Shown here piece after piece: positions 1 to 11,500 of a DNA stretch of 64,000 nt (position 1 is the stretch's first letter; every line of letters starts with the position of its first letter). A model generated the notes under the pieces. That model was not told where the DNA came from. It was given only the letters and a program-made list of their open reading frames with translations, and searched no databases. Origin of the DNA: an uncultured Rivularia sp. GTDB taxonomy: Bacteria; Cyanobacteriota; Cyanobacteriia; Cyanobacteriales; Nostocaceae. Where the stretch lies: positions 7,456,001-7,520,000 of the forward strand of contig OY762007.1 of assembly GCA_963665115.1 (NCBI GenBank). Reading direction: 5' to 3'. A program made the translations under genes and the position numbers.

Positions 1-696
1 ATTACTGACGATCGCAATTACGTACCTGATGAAAACGACGAACCTTTGGTAAAAATTTTGCGTTCTACAGCCTGGATACGTACTGTTCTTCAAGATGATA
101 ATAATTTTATCGGTAGTGGTTGGGTAATCAAACGCGAGGGTGATACTGTTTGGATTGTGACTAATCGTCATGTTTTAGCAGATAGACGTTCTAAACAATT
201 GGGTAAAAAGATTGAGGTAGCTTTTTTCAGCGAACTTCCAAATTCCCAACGTCCTCGCTATCAAGCAACTATTGAGAAGCATAACGAAGAACCAGATTTA
301 GCAGTACTCAAGGTAAAAGGTGTACCTCCAGATATTCAACCCCTAAAATTCCTTACCGGGAGAGTGAAACGCAGCACTAATGTCAAAATCATTGGACATC
401 CAATAACTACAAACAACCCTTGGAATACTGCTGATGGTAAAGTTATGAATTATTCTCGCTACGAAAGCACTATTCCCTTAGATGCCAATGTTGCTGAAGG
501 TAATTCTGGTGGTCCGGTGATCGATGAACAGGGACAAGTTATTGCGATGATGGTAAGTATCCGTTCCCAAGAAGATGTTGATACTAATCGAATTGAAGAC
601 CTTACAGATATTCAACCGGCAACTAGAGGGGTTGGATTTGCTTATCGAATTGATATTATCGTCGAAAAGCTGCGTTCTTGGCGTATTTTAAATTAA
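1..696 (+). CDS. Trypsin-like serine protease domain protein (5' partial)
   Basis: Frame is open from base 1. Catalytic triad motifs TNRHV (His), DLAVL (Asp), GNSGGP (Ser). Confidence 0.9.
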   Translation: MTDDRNYVPDENDEPLVKILRSTAWIRTVLQDDNNFIGSGWVIKREGDTVWIVTNRHVLADRRSKQLGKKIEVAFFSELPNSQRPRYQATIEKHNEEPDLAVLKVKGVPPDIQPLKFLTGRVKRSTNVKIIGHPITTNNPWNTADGKVMNYSRYESTIPLDANVAEGNSGGPVIDEQGQVIAMMVSIRSQEDVDTNRIEDLTDIQPATRGVGFAYRIDIIVEKLRSWRILN

Positions 697-833
697 AAAT
701 GAAATTCAAGTAAATTCAAATAAATTCAAATAGATATACCAAAAATGTAATCTAAATCACTTGTATGTTTGGTAATCACTATGTAATATCCATGAATAAT
801 CTCTAATCTTGGTCTAATTAGCTAAAAATTGCA

Positions 834-1541
834 ATGATTGACAATCGAAGATCGTTTAACTACAAACTTTTATTCATCGGTTTATTACTTTTTTTCTTCA
901 ATCCCAAGGTTGCTCAAGCTTGTCCAAGAACAAGTAACCCTCGCTCTCTAGCTTACGTGCGTCGAGATAATAATCGTTGTGAAGGACTGCAAAGACGGAA
1001 TGTTAGTAGTAGTACATTTGATTTAATTTCTTTTTCTACTAGTAATATTAATCGCTATCCTCAAACTCTTAATATTCGCGTTCGCGGGACTGGTAAAACA
1101 CGTCCAACCATTGAAGTACAATCTTTCTACAGAAACTATCGTTTAGATCGGGTAAAGGCTGGTTTTACTACTTTGGGTTTTAGCTTTCCCCTCAAAACAG
1201 ATATTCTCAGACGTGCAGTCATTCCTTGGAAAAATCTACGCTCTTTAGCGTACATTAATCAAAATTCAAATCGTATTTATTTTCCCGTGATTCTAGAAAA
1301 ATCTTCTGACAAATACGAATTTATTATTAATAGTCCCCGACGCAATACTTTTCCAATTTTTAAGATTCGCCGTAATGGTAAAACGGTACTCAGTAAACCC
1401 CGTAATATTCCTCGAAAAGGACATATTCCATTGACTTGGAAATACGGTAATGCTCCTGCTGGACTCTATGAACTCTACGTTGTAAATGGTAGAGGGAAAA
1501 GACGTACTTTTCGATTCAGACATAATCCAAAATGGCTGTGA
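834..1541 (+). CDS. Hypothetical secreted, basic protein
   Basis: 235-aa ORF with N-terminal hydrophobic stretch and AQA cleavage-like site; Cys pair C..RCEG. Confidence 0.75.
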   Translation: MIDNRRSFNYKLLFIGLLLFFFNPKVAQACPRTSNPRSLAYVRRDNNRCEGLQRRNVSSSTFDLISFSTSNINRYPQTLNIRVRGTGKTRPTIEVQSFYRNYRLDRVKAGFTTLGFSFPLKTDILRRAVIPWKNLRSLAYINQNSNRIYFPVILEKSSDKYEFIINSPRRNTFPIFKIRRNGKTVLSKPRNIPRKGHIPLTWKYGNAPAGLYELYVVNGRGKRRTFRFRHNPKWL

Positions 1542-1568
1542 TTCAATCTCTATATATTCGGCTTTTAT

Positions 1569-2894
1569 ATGTCTAACAAACCCAAGCAAAGAAGTTACAA
1601 CAATAGCAAACGTAAAACACAGAAATTGCATTGGTGTAAAACAGTTTTGAAAACATTAATTAAGCTGTTAAAACTTTTATGCAGATGGTCATTAAGAAGC
1701 TCGAAAAAAATTGTTGCGTTGTTACGTCGTCAGCAGCGATGGGATAAAATTATAGTAATATTTTTGATGATTTTTTGGATAGTAATTATTATCGGTTATT
1801 TTTTCTTTCCTGGTAGTTACGTTTTTGAAGGGAATCTGATTGTCAAAGAAATGAGCTTTAACTATACTGGGCAGACAGAAAAACTATTTTTGCAATCCAT
1901 TGATAACATTAAAAAATTAGACCTTCAAGGAATTATCCTTCAACCTATAACTTTAACAGGAAGCTTTTCTAGCTCAGAACCTCAATTAAATAAAAAATTG
2001 TCTAATTTGACTGAACTTACAATTGAGTTAAAGAATACTACAAGTAATTTAATTTTTACTCCTGTAAATTCTTCAGATAGTGATATTTCTATTTTAGAAC
2101 TGCGTTTATATCCAGAAATTCAAGTCAACCAACTTACTTACAATCCTAAACAGAACCAGCTTTCTTTTTGCCTTAAAGGAGCTAGCGTGGATGCAAAAGC
2201 TTGTCTTTTTCCAGACAGTTTACCTTTGAGTGACTTAAACAAAAAGCAAAAAGCTGTTGGTAATTTAAAACTATATATTGGACAAAAGCCATTAACTGTT
2301 AGTTTATCAGTGGCTAATATACCTGAGTTAAATATTGCAGATGATGAAGAAATATCTTTGCAATTTGTTCCTCAAGTAGATGAATTATTTCTGCCAATTA
2401 TATCACCAACACATTTATTTATTAATTTACCAGAAAATAATCAAAGCGAAAATGCGGTTACAGAAACACAATGGTTGAGGGGGGATATTGAAGTTAGTAA
2501 TGTTAGCTTCTCACAATATGACATTACAAATAACGTAACAGATGAAATTAAAAATTCTACAATTTTAGAAGGTCAAGTTAGAATGGGTAGCCAAAAAATA
2601 GAGCTACAGCCAAATCAATTTTTGATTATTCTATCAAAAACGCCAGGAATTAAAAAATTACGAAATATCCAAATTCAAACTCAATCACCTCAAGGTTTAA
2701 ATACTTTATTTTTTGGAGAAAGCAAAGGTATTGCTGTTGGTTTATATCCAGAATTTCCATTACAAAAAATTGAATTAAGCTGGTTGTCTAAACATTTTTC
2801 TCAAGAAGCAACTAATTCTATTTTGGCATTTCTTGCAGCTTGTACGGGTATTTTACTGCCGCGTTTATTTCCCGAACCATCAAATAAGAAATAA
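1569..2894 (+). CDS. Hypothetical membrane-anchored protein
   Basis: 441-aa ORF; TM segment at about aa 62-80 and a C-terminal hydrophobic segment; 27-bp gap to the upstream ORF. Confidence 0.75.
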   Translation: MSNKPKQRSYNNSKRKTQKLHWCKTVLKTLIKLLKLLCRWSLRSSKKIVALLRRQQRWDKIIVIFLMIFWIVIIIGYFFFPGSYVFEGNLIVKEMSFNYTGQTEKLFLQSIDNIKKLDLQGIILQPITLTGSFSSSEPQLNKKLSNLTELTIELKNTTSNLIFTPVNSSDSDISILELRLYPEIQVNQLTYNPKQNQLSFCLKGASVDAKACLFPDSLPLSDLNKKQKAVGNLKLYIGQKPLTVSLSVANIPELNIADDEEISLQFVPQVDELFLPIISPTHLFINLPENNQSENAVTETQWLRGDIEVSNVSFSQYDITNNVTDEIKNSTILEGQVRMGSQKIELQPNQFLIILSKTPGIKKLRNIQIQTQSPQGLNTLFFGESKGIAVGLYPEFPLQKIELSWLSKHFSQEATNSILAFLAACTGILLPRLFPEPSNKK

Positions 2895-3083
2895 ACTTAA
2901 AGTCCAATATAGTGCTTTTCGTCTGAGTGGAATACACTTCGAGAAACCTTACCATACCTACAGCATTCATCTACTTACCAAAGAGATTGAGAAGATGGGG
3001 AAGATAGGGAGCAAGATGCTCCACTACTTATCTATATAGAGCTTTTAACTCACTACTCCTAACTCATAACCTTTGACCTTAAA

Positions 3084-4457
3084 TCACTTTCTACCGAAAT
3101 TAACTTTGTCTGTGTATTCGGAATTGTAAGCTTCTTCGCCGTGTTCGCTGATGTCCATTCCTTGTAATTCGGCGTTTTCGTGTACTCGCAGTCCAACGGT
3201 ACTTTCAACTACTTTCAGAATTATCCACGTACCAAATCCGGCAACAAAATAAGTCACTGCAATTGCTGCAAGTTCTAAAAGTAATTCGTCGGGATTGCCG
3301 AATAATAAACCATTTCTCCCGGCTGGATTAACGGCTCTGCTGGCAAAGATACCTGTCAAAATCGCGCCTACAGTACCGCCTATGCCATGAATGGGGAATG
3401 TATCCAAAGCATCATCAACCTGCATCTTATGCTTGATACTGACGGCATAGAAGCAAATAAAACCGGTAATACTACCAATCAATATTGCTGCGATTGGTGA
3501 AACAAATCCTGCTGCTGGAGTAATACCGACTAAGCCTGCAACGGCTCCTGTGGCTGCACCTACTGCTGTAGATTTACCGCGCAATACTCTTTCTAAAATC
3601 AACCAAGTTAAAGTTCCTGCTGCTGCACTGGTATTGGTATTTACAAAGGCTATTACTGCTAAATTATTTGCTTCTAAAGCGCTACCTGCATTAAATCCAA
3701 ACCAGCCAAACCATAATAAACCAGCACCTAACAAAATGAAGGGTACGTTGTGCGGTGGACTCAATTTATCGGGAAAACTTTTTCGAGGCTTGAGGTACAT
3801 GGCTGCAACGAAAGCGGATACCCCAGAACTAATATGTATGACAGTACCACCAGCAAAATCTAACGCACCCCAACCACCAGATAAACTTAATAATCCACCT
3901 ACACCCCATATCATATGCGCGATGGGGGAATAGATAAAAAATGACCACAAAACGATAAATACAGAGTATCCGGTGAAACTCATTCGTTCTGCGATCGCGC
4001 CGGAAATTAGGGCTGGGGCAATAATGGCAAACATTCCCTGATAAGCCATGAATGCCAAGTGGGGAATTTGTGGTGCGTATTCGCTTGGTTGCAAACCAAC
4101 ATCGTTTAAGCCGAACCATTCAAACCCACCAACAAATGCGTTACCGGGTGCAAAAGCGAAGCTATAGCCCCACAGAATCCAAGTGACACCGATAATAGCC
4201 ATCGCGACAAAGCTCATCATCAGGGTATTAAGGACATTGCGGGTGCGGACAAATCCACCATAGAAAAAAGCAAGTCCCGGTGTCATCAGCAATACCAGGG
4301 CAGAGCAGATTAATACAAATGCGATAGAACCACTATTGGAGCCACCATTAAGAACAGGTGGAAAGCTTGGCGATCGGGTTTGAGCGAAGGCATTATCTAT
4401 CCTCCCACTTAAGAAAAGCAGAGTTATAGCTACTATCAATGTAATTTTTTTCAACAC
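3084..4457 (-). CDS. amtB: Ammonium transporter, AmtB type
   Basis: LVLLMTPGLAFFYGG, DFAGGTVIH, WFGWFGFNAGS, DDALDTFPIHGIGG motifs. Confidence 0.92.
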   Translation of the reverse strand: MLKKITLIVAITLLFLSGRIDNAFAQTRSPSFPPVLNGGSNSGSIAFVLICSALVLLMTPGLAFFYGGFVRTRNVLNTLMMSFVAMAIIGVTWILWGYSFAFAPGNAFVGGFEWFGLNDVGLQPSEYAPQIPHLAFMAYQGMFAIIAPALISGAIAERMSFTGYSVFIVLWSFFIYSPIAHMIWGVGGLLSLSGGWGALDFAGGTVIHISSGVSAFVAAMYLKPRKSFPDKLSPPHNVPFILLGAGLLWFGWFGFNAGSALEANNLAVIAFVNTNTSAAAGTLTWLILERVLRGKSTAVGAATGAVAGLVGITPAAGFVSPIAAILIGSITGFICFYAVSIKHKMQVDDALDTFPIHGIGGTVGAILTGIFASRAVNPAGRNGLLFGNPDELLLELAAIAVTYFVAGFGTWIILKVVESTVGLRVHENAELQGMDISEHGEEAYNSEYTDKVNFGRK

Positions 4458-4780
4458 TTTTTATTGTCCTTGTGCGCCGACTATCTTTGTGTTTGTAAAT
4501 AGATGCGATTACTTCAATAATCAAGAAGTTAACTTGTAATCGAAAGGCAGAAAATAGGACGCAGAGAGTAATAATTAGAAAATTTTCACCTCAAAGCTTT
4601 GAGATAATTCGCCTTCTGTAGAGTTAGAAAAGATTACCAAAAATTATCTAAAGTTAACCCGATTTTAATTGTGAAGAAAAAAACAAGATGTGGTTTTTAA
4701 GCTTTTGATAAAATGGCTTTTGCTTGAAATTTACAGAATAATTGGCAATTGGGGATTAGGCATTGGGCATGGTAAATAAT

Positions 4781-4935
4781 TAGGGAGTAGGGAGTAGGGA
4801 GTAGGAAGTAGGGAGTAGGGAGTAGGAGTAGGGAGTAGGGAGTAGGGAGTAGGGAGTAGGGAGTAGGGAGTAGGAAGTAGGGAGTAGGGAGTAGGAAGTA
4901 GGGAGTAGGAAGTAGGGAGTAGGAAGTAGGGAGTA
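4781..4935. repeat. STRR heptamer tract (TAGGGAG/TAGGAAG)n, about 22 copies
   Basis: Direct reading of the tandem 7-mer. Confidence 0.95.
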
Positions 4936-4969
4936 AATCATTTCTTATTCTTATTGTTATGAATGTGAC

Positions 4970-5142
4970 TAAGCTGATGTGCAGCTAAATTGAATAATCC
5001 GTTAGCGTTCACGCTCCGCGTGCGGCTCAGCGTGTCCGTAGGACATAAATCTGAAAAGATAGTAGTGCGTTAGCGTAGCGTGTCCGCCAGGATAAGCATC
5101 TTGCACGAAGGGTACTATACAAATTAAATGCGTAGCAGCTTA
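4970..5142. mobile_element. MITE-like element with nested small dispersed repeats
   Basis: Imperfect ~27-bp terminal inverted repeats (taagctgatgtgcagctaaattgaata / tatacaaattaaatgcgtagcagctta); related left end at 19946. Confidence 0.55.
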
Positions 5143-5249
5143 CTCATTACTTATTACTTATTACTTGTTACTCACTACTCACTACTTATTACTTGTTACT
5201 CACTACTCACTACTTAAATAATGTCTTCCCCCTCTCTCCTTAAAGACTA

Positions 5250-6867
5250 ATGTTACAAAGTTTTATCTTAATCCTCCTTATCGGCTTTTTTGTCGGACAA
5301 GTTGCTCAACGACTGAAAATCCCTGCACTTGTGGGCATGATTTTGGTGGGAATTATTCTCAGCCCTCAAGTTGCTGATTTGATAGATCCTGCCGTACTTG
5401 CAGCGTCTGCTCCTTTGCGAACTATAGCTGTAATGGTAATTTTGATGAAGGCTGGGTTGGGGTTGGATCGAGAAAAACTGTTACAGCAAGGAACCGTAGC
5501 GCTGCGATTGGGATTTCTGCCTGCTAGTTGCGAAGCTTTAATTATTGCTTTAGCTGCAATGTGGATTTTAAAGTTTGATTTTCTTACGGGATTATTATTA
5601 GGCTGCATCATCGGAGCCGAATCTCCAGCGGTGATTGTACCGGGAATGCTACGACTCAAAAGCCTGGGTTGGGGAGTTAATAAAGGAATTCCCGATGCCA
5701 TACTTACCGGGAGTGCTTTATCAGATGTGCTATTACTATTAGTCTTTAGTTTATTACTGAATTTTTTGGGGCAGGGAACAACTTCGGGATTAACATTACC
5801 TTTCGGTTTAACTTTGAATGCGTTTCTACTGCTACCTATTCAAATTATTTGTCAAATTGTTCTGGGAGCAGTCATAGGTTTAGTAACTGCAAAACTACTG
5901 GTTTTATTGTTAGCTAAACAAAACTGGACTCAAAGTACTGTACAAGACACTTTAGTTACAGCGAGTTTGGCTTTATTGCTGGTGGTGCTGGCAGAGAAGT
6001 TACCTGTTTTCTCAGGTTATTTAGCAGTTATGGTAACGGGTTTTTTCTTAATTGAATTTGATGCTCCCCTAGCTCGAAAATTGCGTTCGGGTTTCGATAG
6101 TCTATGGGTAGTAGCACAAATTATTTTGTTTGTTTTACTAGGTGCAAGCATTCAGATACAAGTTTTGGAAACAACTTTAGTCCCTGGATTAATTATTCTG
6201 GCAGTTGGAACCTTAGTAGGAAGAGCTTTTGGATGGTATCTGTCTACATTGGGAAGTAATTGGAAATGGCGAGAGCGGTTGTTTTTACTACCGGGTAATT
6301 CTGCAAAAGCCACCGTTCAAGCAGCAATTGGAGCGATTCCGTTAACACAAGGAATTGAAGGTGGAGAAACAATATTGGCGATCGCCGCTTTGTCTATCTT
6401 GGTAACAGCACCTCTGGGAGCTTGGGCAATTCCCACTTTTGCACCAAGATTGTTGGAGAAAGGTGAAGTAGATCCCACCAAGGTAGAAGTTAACCGTTTC
6501 TATTATTCTGCTGGCTGCCGTTGATACTTCTTCTATAGCGACTCAAGTGTTAACTAAAGCTGCCGATGTAGCCCGTCGTAGCGATGCATCTGTAATCGTA
6601 TTGCACGTCATCCAAACAAATAATCTTCCAGAAATAGAGTTTCTAAAATCAACATCTCAAAGGCTTCTAGCAGATATTCGCCATCAGTTCATTACCGCTA
6701 CGGGTTCAATTCCAGAAGAAATTATTAGCATTGCTGGGGATTATCAAGCTACAGATATTGTTATAGGTAAACGGGGACACCAAGCAATGGATGAAATTCT
6801 GGTGGGTTCTGTATCGCAAGCTGTATTAGAATCGAGTTCGATTCCTGTAATCTTAGTTGAGCGATAA
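5250..6867 (+). CDS. Cation:proton antiporter (CPA1) fused to a universal stress protein domain; +1 frameshift at 6497-6499
   Basis: Antiporter TM pattern (AESPAVIVP, KATVQAAIG). Removing one T reads ...VNRSIILLAAVDTS... into the USP ORF 6547-6867 (IVIGKRG..GSVSQAV). Confidence 0.85.
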
Positions 6868-6932
6868 GGTTTCGTAGTAAGGGCTTTAGCCCTAAATCCT
6901 AGCGATAAATCGCTTATTACAAACTTTTAACT

Positions 6933-8351
6933 TTAAAAAATAGGTAGCTCGATTATAAATTCAGTTCCTTCCCCAACTGTGGAATTACAGCTTAATTTAC
7001 CACCGTGAGTTTCTTCAACAATTTGTTTGGCAATAGCAAGTCCTAACCCCGTACCTTTACCAACTTCTTTTGTAGTAAAAAGATTATCAAATATACGTTC
7101 TCGAACTGCTAAAGGCATTCCTAAACCATTATCTTTGATACGAATGAATACTGTATTTTCTTCAGAAATAGGCTCAGTCTTAATAGTTATTTTATGAGGA
7201 TTTTCTTGTATTTCAGCAAATGATTTTCCTTCTCCAACTGCATCTGAAGCATCTATAGCATTAGCAATAATGTTCATAAATACTTGATTTAATTGTCCCA
7301 AAAAGCACTTTACTGACGGTAGATTTCCATATTCTTTAATAATTTCAATTTCCGGACGTTTCTCGTTTGCTTTGAGACGATATTTTAAAATCAAAATTGT
7401 GCTATCAATGCCTTCATGAATATTACAAGCAAGTTTTTCTGAAGTATCTGCTCTGGAAAAAGTACGTAAACTTGTACTAATATCTTTAATACGTTCTGTT
7501 GCTAACCTCATAGAATTTAACAACTTTGGTAAATCTCCACTGAGATATTCTAAATCAATATCTTCGGCATGTTCGCTAACTTCCTCTTTTGGGTCGAGAT
7601 AATTTTCTTGATAGCATTTGATGTGAGCGAATAAATCTTGAACATATTCTTCTGCATTTATAACACTTCCTTTAAGAAACCCGATTGGATTATTTACCTC
7701 GTGTGCGACCCCTGCAACCAAATTACCCAAAGTTGCCATTTTTTCATTTTGTACCATTTGTAATTGGGCTTGTTGCAATTTATTTAATATTTCGTTTAAT
7801 TCTGAAGTTCGCTGTTCTAAAGTCATTACATCTCTATAAGCTCTTAAAGCTGTAATAGTCGTAGTAATTAATCTATGACGATTGAGATCAACTTTGAGTT
7901 TATAGTCATTAATATCATAGTTAACGATGATAGATTCTTCTGGTGCTTCCCCCGGTTGTCCGGTACGTAAAATTATTCTCACTAGTTTATTTTTCAGTTC
8001 ATCACGAATATATTTAACTACCTTTAAACCAGCGTCATTACTTTCCATAACTACATCTAGAAGAATAAAAGCCGTATCCGGATGTTGCTTGATTAACTCA
8101 ATAGCTTCTTTACCCGAATAAGCAGAAATTAGGTTAACTGGTTTATCATCAAAGGTGAAATCTTGTAATACTAATTGAGTAGCTTGGTGAACGGTATGTT
8201 CATCATCTACAATCATTACTTTCCAAGATTCATTGTTTATTATCTCTAAAGATGAGTTTATTCCATCTTCGATAAATACAATGTCTTCGTCTTCTTCAAG
8301 TAAGATTATTGTATCTTCTTCTAATTCTACGCTGTTGTTATTCAAAGTCAT
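6933..8351 (-). CDS. Hybrid response regulator (REC)-histidine kinase
   Basis: REC motifs VMIVDDE, LLDVVME, RTGQPG; H-box AHEVNNP; HATPase GKGTGLGL. Confidence 0.93.
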   Translation of the reverse strand: MTLNNNSVELEEDTIILLEEDEDIVFIEDGINSSLEIINNESWKVMIVDDEHTVHQATQLVLQDFTFDDKPVNLISAYSGKEAIELIKQHPDTAFILLDVVMESNDAGLKVVKYIRDELKNKLVRIILRTGQPGEAPEESIIVNYDINDYKLKVDLNRHRLITTTITALRAYRDVMTLEQRTSELNEILNKLQQAQLQMVQNEKMATLGNLVAGVAHEVNNPIGFLKGSVINAEEYVQDLFAHIKCYQENYLDPKEEVSEHAEDIDLEYLSGDLPKLLNSMRLATERIKDISTSLRTFSRADTSEKLACNIHEGIDSTILILKYRLKANEKRPEIEIIKEYGNLPSVKCFLGQLNQVFMNIIANAIDASDAVGEGKSFAEIQENPHKITIKTEPISEENTVFIRIKDNGLGMPLAVRERIFDNLFTTKEVGKGTGLGLAIAKQIVEETHGGKLSCNSTVGEGTEFIIELPIF

Positions 8352-8400
8352 AAATCAAGATAATTATTAATAGGGATAAACATGAAAAAATGTTTTTATC

Positions 8401-8516
8401 GGCAGCATCCTAAATCTGCAATTTTATTTTTTTAGTGCGGGATAAAGACCCACTTCTCGGATATTAGGGAGCAAGATGCTCCCACTACATTTTTTTTGCA
8501 AAATTAGGATACTCCC
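8401..8516. mobile_element. MITE-like element
   Basis: Imperfect TIRs ggcagcatcctaaatctgcaa / ttgcaaaattaggatactccc enclosing a gggagcaagatgctcccactac repeat. Confidence 0.55.
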
Positions 8517-8518
8517 TT

Positions 8519-11500
8519 TTAATCGGCTATTGAAGGAAGTATGAAAGTAAATTTAGTACCTTTTCCAACCTGGGAATCGATATCTAGACTTCCCTGTAAT
8601 TTGTGGATAATCAAATTATAAACAATATGCAAACCTAAACCTGTTCCACCTTGATTTCTTTTTGTGGTAAAGAAAGGTTCAAAAATCTTACTTAAATTTT
8701 CTTCAGGTATACCACAACCATCATCGCTGTAGATAAGTTTGATATTTTCTGCTTCTGAGATAATTTCAAAATGCAATTGTCCTCCTTGTTTTTCTGAATA
8801 AGCATGAATCAAGGAATTCATCACTAAATTAGTTACTACTTGAGCTAAACTACCAGCATAAGTTTTGATAGTTATATTTTCTCCATCAACTGTTATTTTA
8901 TGGGTAGATTGTTTGAGTTCGGTACCAAGGCTGAGTAAAACTTCTTGAATATATTCTTTAATGCCAAACTCACGTAGTTCTAAGTTAATTTGGTCTACTG
9001 CAACTTGCTTGAAACTATGAACTAATTCCCCTGCTCTGTTCAAATTCTGTACCAGTAAATTGCTACTTTCTTGAGCAGTTTTGAGATAACTATTTAAGAT
9101 AGAACGTTTTAATTGTCCTTGAGCAATATTGTTGGCAAAATCTTCGGTTTCTAGCAGCTAAATTAGAAGCCACAGTAATACTCGTCCCTACGGGAGTATT
9201 AATTTCATGAGCTACTCCTGCAACTAAACCACCCAAGGCTGCCATTTTTTCTGATTCAACTAGCTTGTTCTGAGTTGCTTTTAGTTGTTCTAAGGTTTGG
9301 GAAAGTTCTTTGGTTCGCTGTTGTACTTTTTGCTCTAAATTGTTATACAAACGTGCATTTTCTAAAGAAATTGCTGCTTGAGTACAAAGAAACTCAAGCA
9401 TAACAATCCTGTCTTTTGTAAACACACCACTGGTTAATTTATTTTGCAAGTACAAAATACCGATTAAGTTTCCCTGGTTGAGAAGTGGTAAACACAGGAT
9501 GCTTTTCGGTTCCTGTTCGAGTAAATATTCCTCGATGACTGGCAAATCTGTATCTAAATCCTCAATTAACGCCATCTCTTGAGTATTTTTGACATACTGT
9601 ATCAAGGTAGTTGGTAAATTGGGATTATTTTCCAAAGCTTGGTAACAAAGCTCGGTTTCTTCCGCTGTGGCAATAGCTTCAACATACCATTCTTCATGAC
9701 TATTAGGTAAGATTAAAGCGCAGCGTGATGCACCGGAATTTTGCAAAATAATCTGGGTGAATTTAGTTAGTAATTGATTTAGTTCGATAGTTCTTGAAAG
9801 GGTTTGAGACGTTTTGAGAATACTAGCAAAATCTAAAAAGGTATTGATATTTGTACTTGAAGAGTTAGTTGTCGATTTAGAACTGTGAATCGAGATATTT
9901 GGTGTGGCAATTTTGGCTAAGCTTTCTCCAAAATTTGCAGCTTGTGAGGCTTGCTGCAATATTGGTTGGAGTAGTTGTGGGTAGCTTTTTTCTAAGTGGT
10001 CGGTTTTGGCTTTTGCTTCCCAACGAGCATAGCAATAGTAAGCTTCCTGCATATAGGTTGCGGCGATTGTTTCTCTTCCCCACTCAAGATAGAATTTAGC
10101 TGCGAGTTCGTTGGCTAATGCTTCTTCTTGAACGTAGCCGTTGTCTTTCGCTCCAGATATCGCTTTATCGTATAGCTCGATTGCTTTTATTTTGTCATCT
10201 AAAATGCGATATTTTTCTGCTTCTACTAAATCAAATTTATGCTGAAAGTTCATGGGAGCGTTATTTGCCCAAACTTTAAGTTGATTTTGATTAAGTTTAA
10301 CGGTATCTAGTTTTTTTACCTCATCAAATAAATTAGATTTGAATGTTAATAGAGAACTATAAAAGTTATGTTCTACTAAAGTAGAATATCCTATTAGGGT
10401 AAAAAGAGAATTAGATGAGCTTGTAAATAATTCTTCTGATTTTTCATAGTCTTCTAAAATAAAAAGTACTTGCCCAAATGTAATTTTGTGCATAGCTGAA
10501 GCCATGAAATTTTGGTTTTGTTCGGCTCTATCTATAAAATCTTCTGATTCCTGTAGTGTTCTACTTATATCAACTTGCCCATCTAATTGTTGTAAGGGAA
10601 TCCAAATTCCTTCTAATAATGTCTGAGCTAGAATATTATTATTCTTATTAGCAAATTCTAGATAATTACCAATTTTATTCAGAATAGTTGATACCTGTTG
10701 CCCACAATAGTGAAGATAATAAGGTTCAAACATTGAATTATAGCCAGCATGTAATAAACAACCTGATTGAAGAGCTAACTCAAATCCTTGCTGCAAATAA
10801 TCAATACTTTTACTAAGTGGTTCTATCCAATGGTTAATAGCTAAACCCATTATAAAACAGATAATACATTGTTGTTCTGGGTCATCATCGCTAAGTTTCA
10901 TTGCATTTTTACCAAAAGCAAAGCCTTGTTGATAACTACTATTAGAAGAATCGCATAAAATTTGTCCAAAATTAACAAAGCCAACTAGACTTTCAGGAGT
11001 AATTCCGCAATTCAAAGAAATTTGAGTATTTCTAGCGTGAATAAATTTCCATAGATCGGGACGGGTCATGTAACATGCAGCATCAAGAGTTACAAGAATT
11101 GAAATAATCTTTTTTAAGCGTTTGTCTGTAAGAATTTTTGGATGCGTACTCAATTCTATTATCAGGTCTGTTTGTTGGCAAATATCATTGATTAGTCTAT
11201 CCAATCTATCTGCTAAGTTTGTTATTGGTATATTCTCTTCTAATAGATTAAGCGCCTTAAGTCCATATTCAATTGCTTGAGTAAATTCACCTTTTTGAGT
11301 ACTTTCTTCTGCTTGCAATTGTATAATTGTTGCTAAGTCGTAATTATTCTTTGTTTTTAGAATAGCAGTAGTAGCTAACTCTTGACTTTTTTCCCAATCA
11401 GCACGATAAATTTCTACTTGAATACTGTCAACATAAAGTTCAATTAATAAGTCGTATTGATTTTCCCAAGCATTATTATCATTAGCTTGTATTTGTGTTC

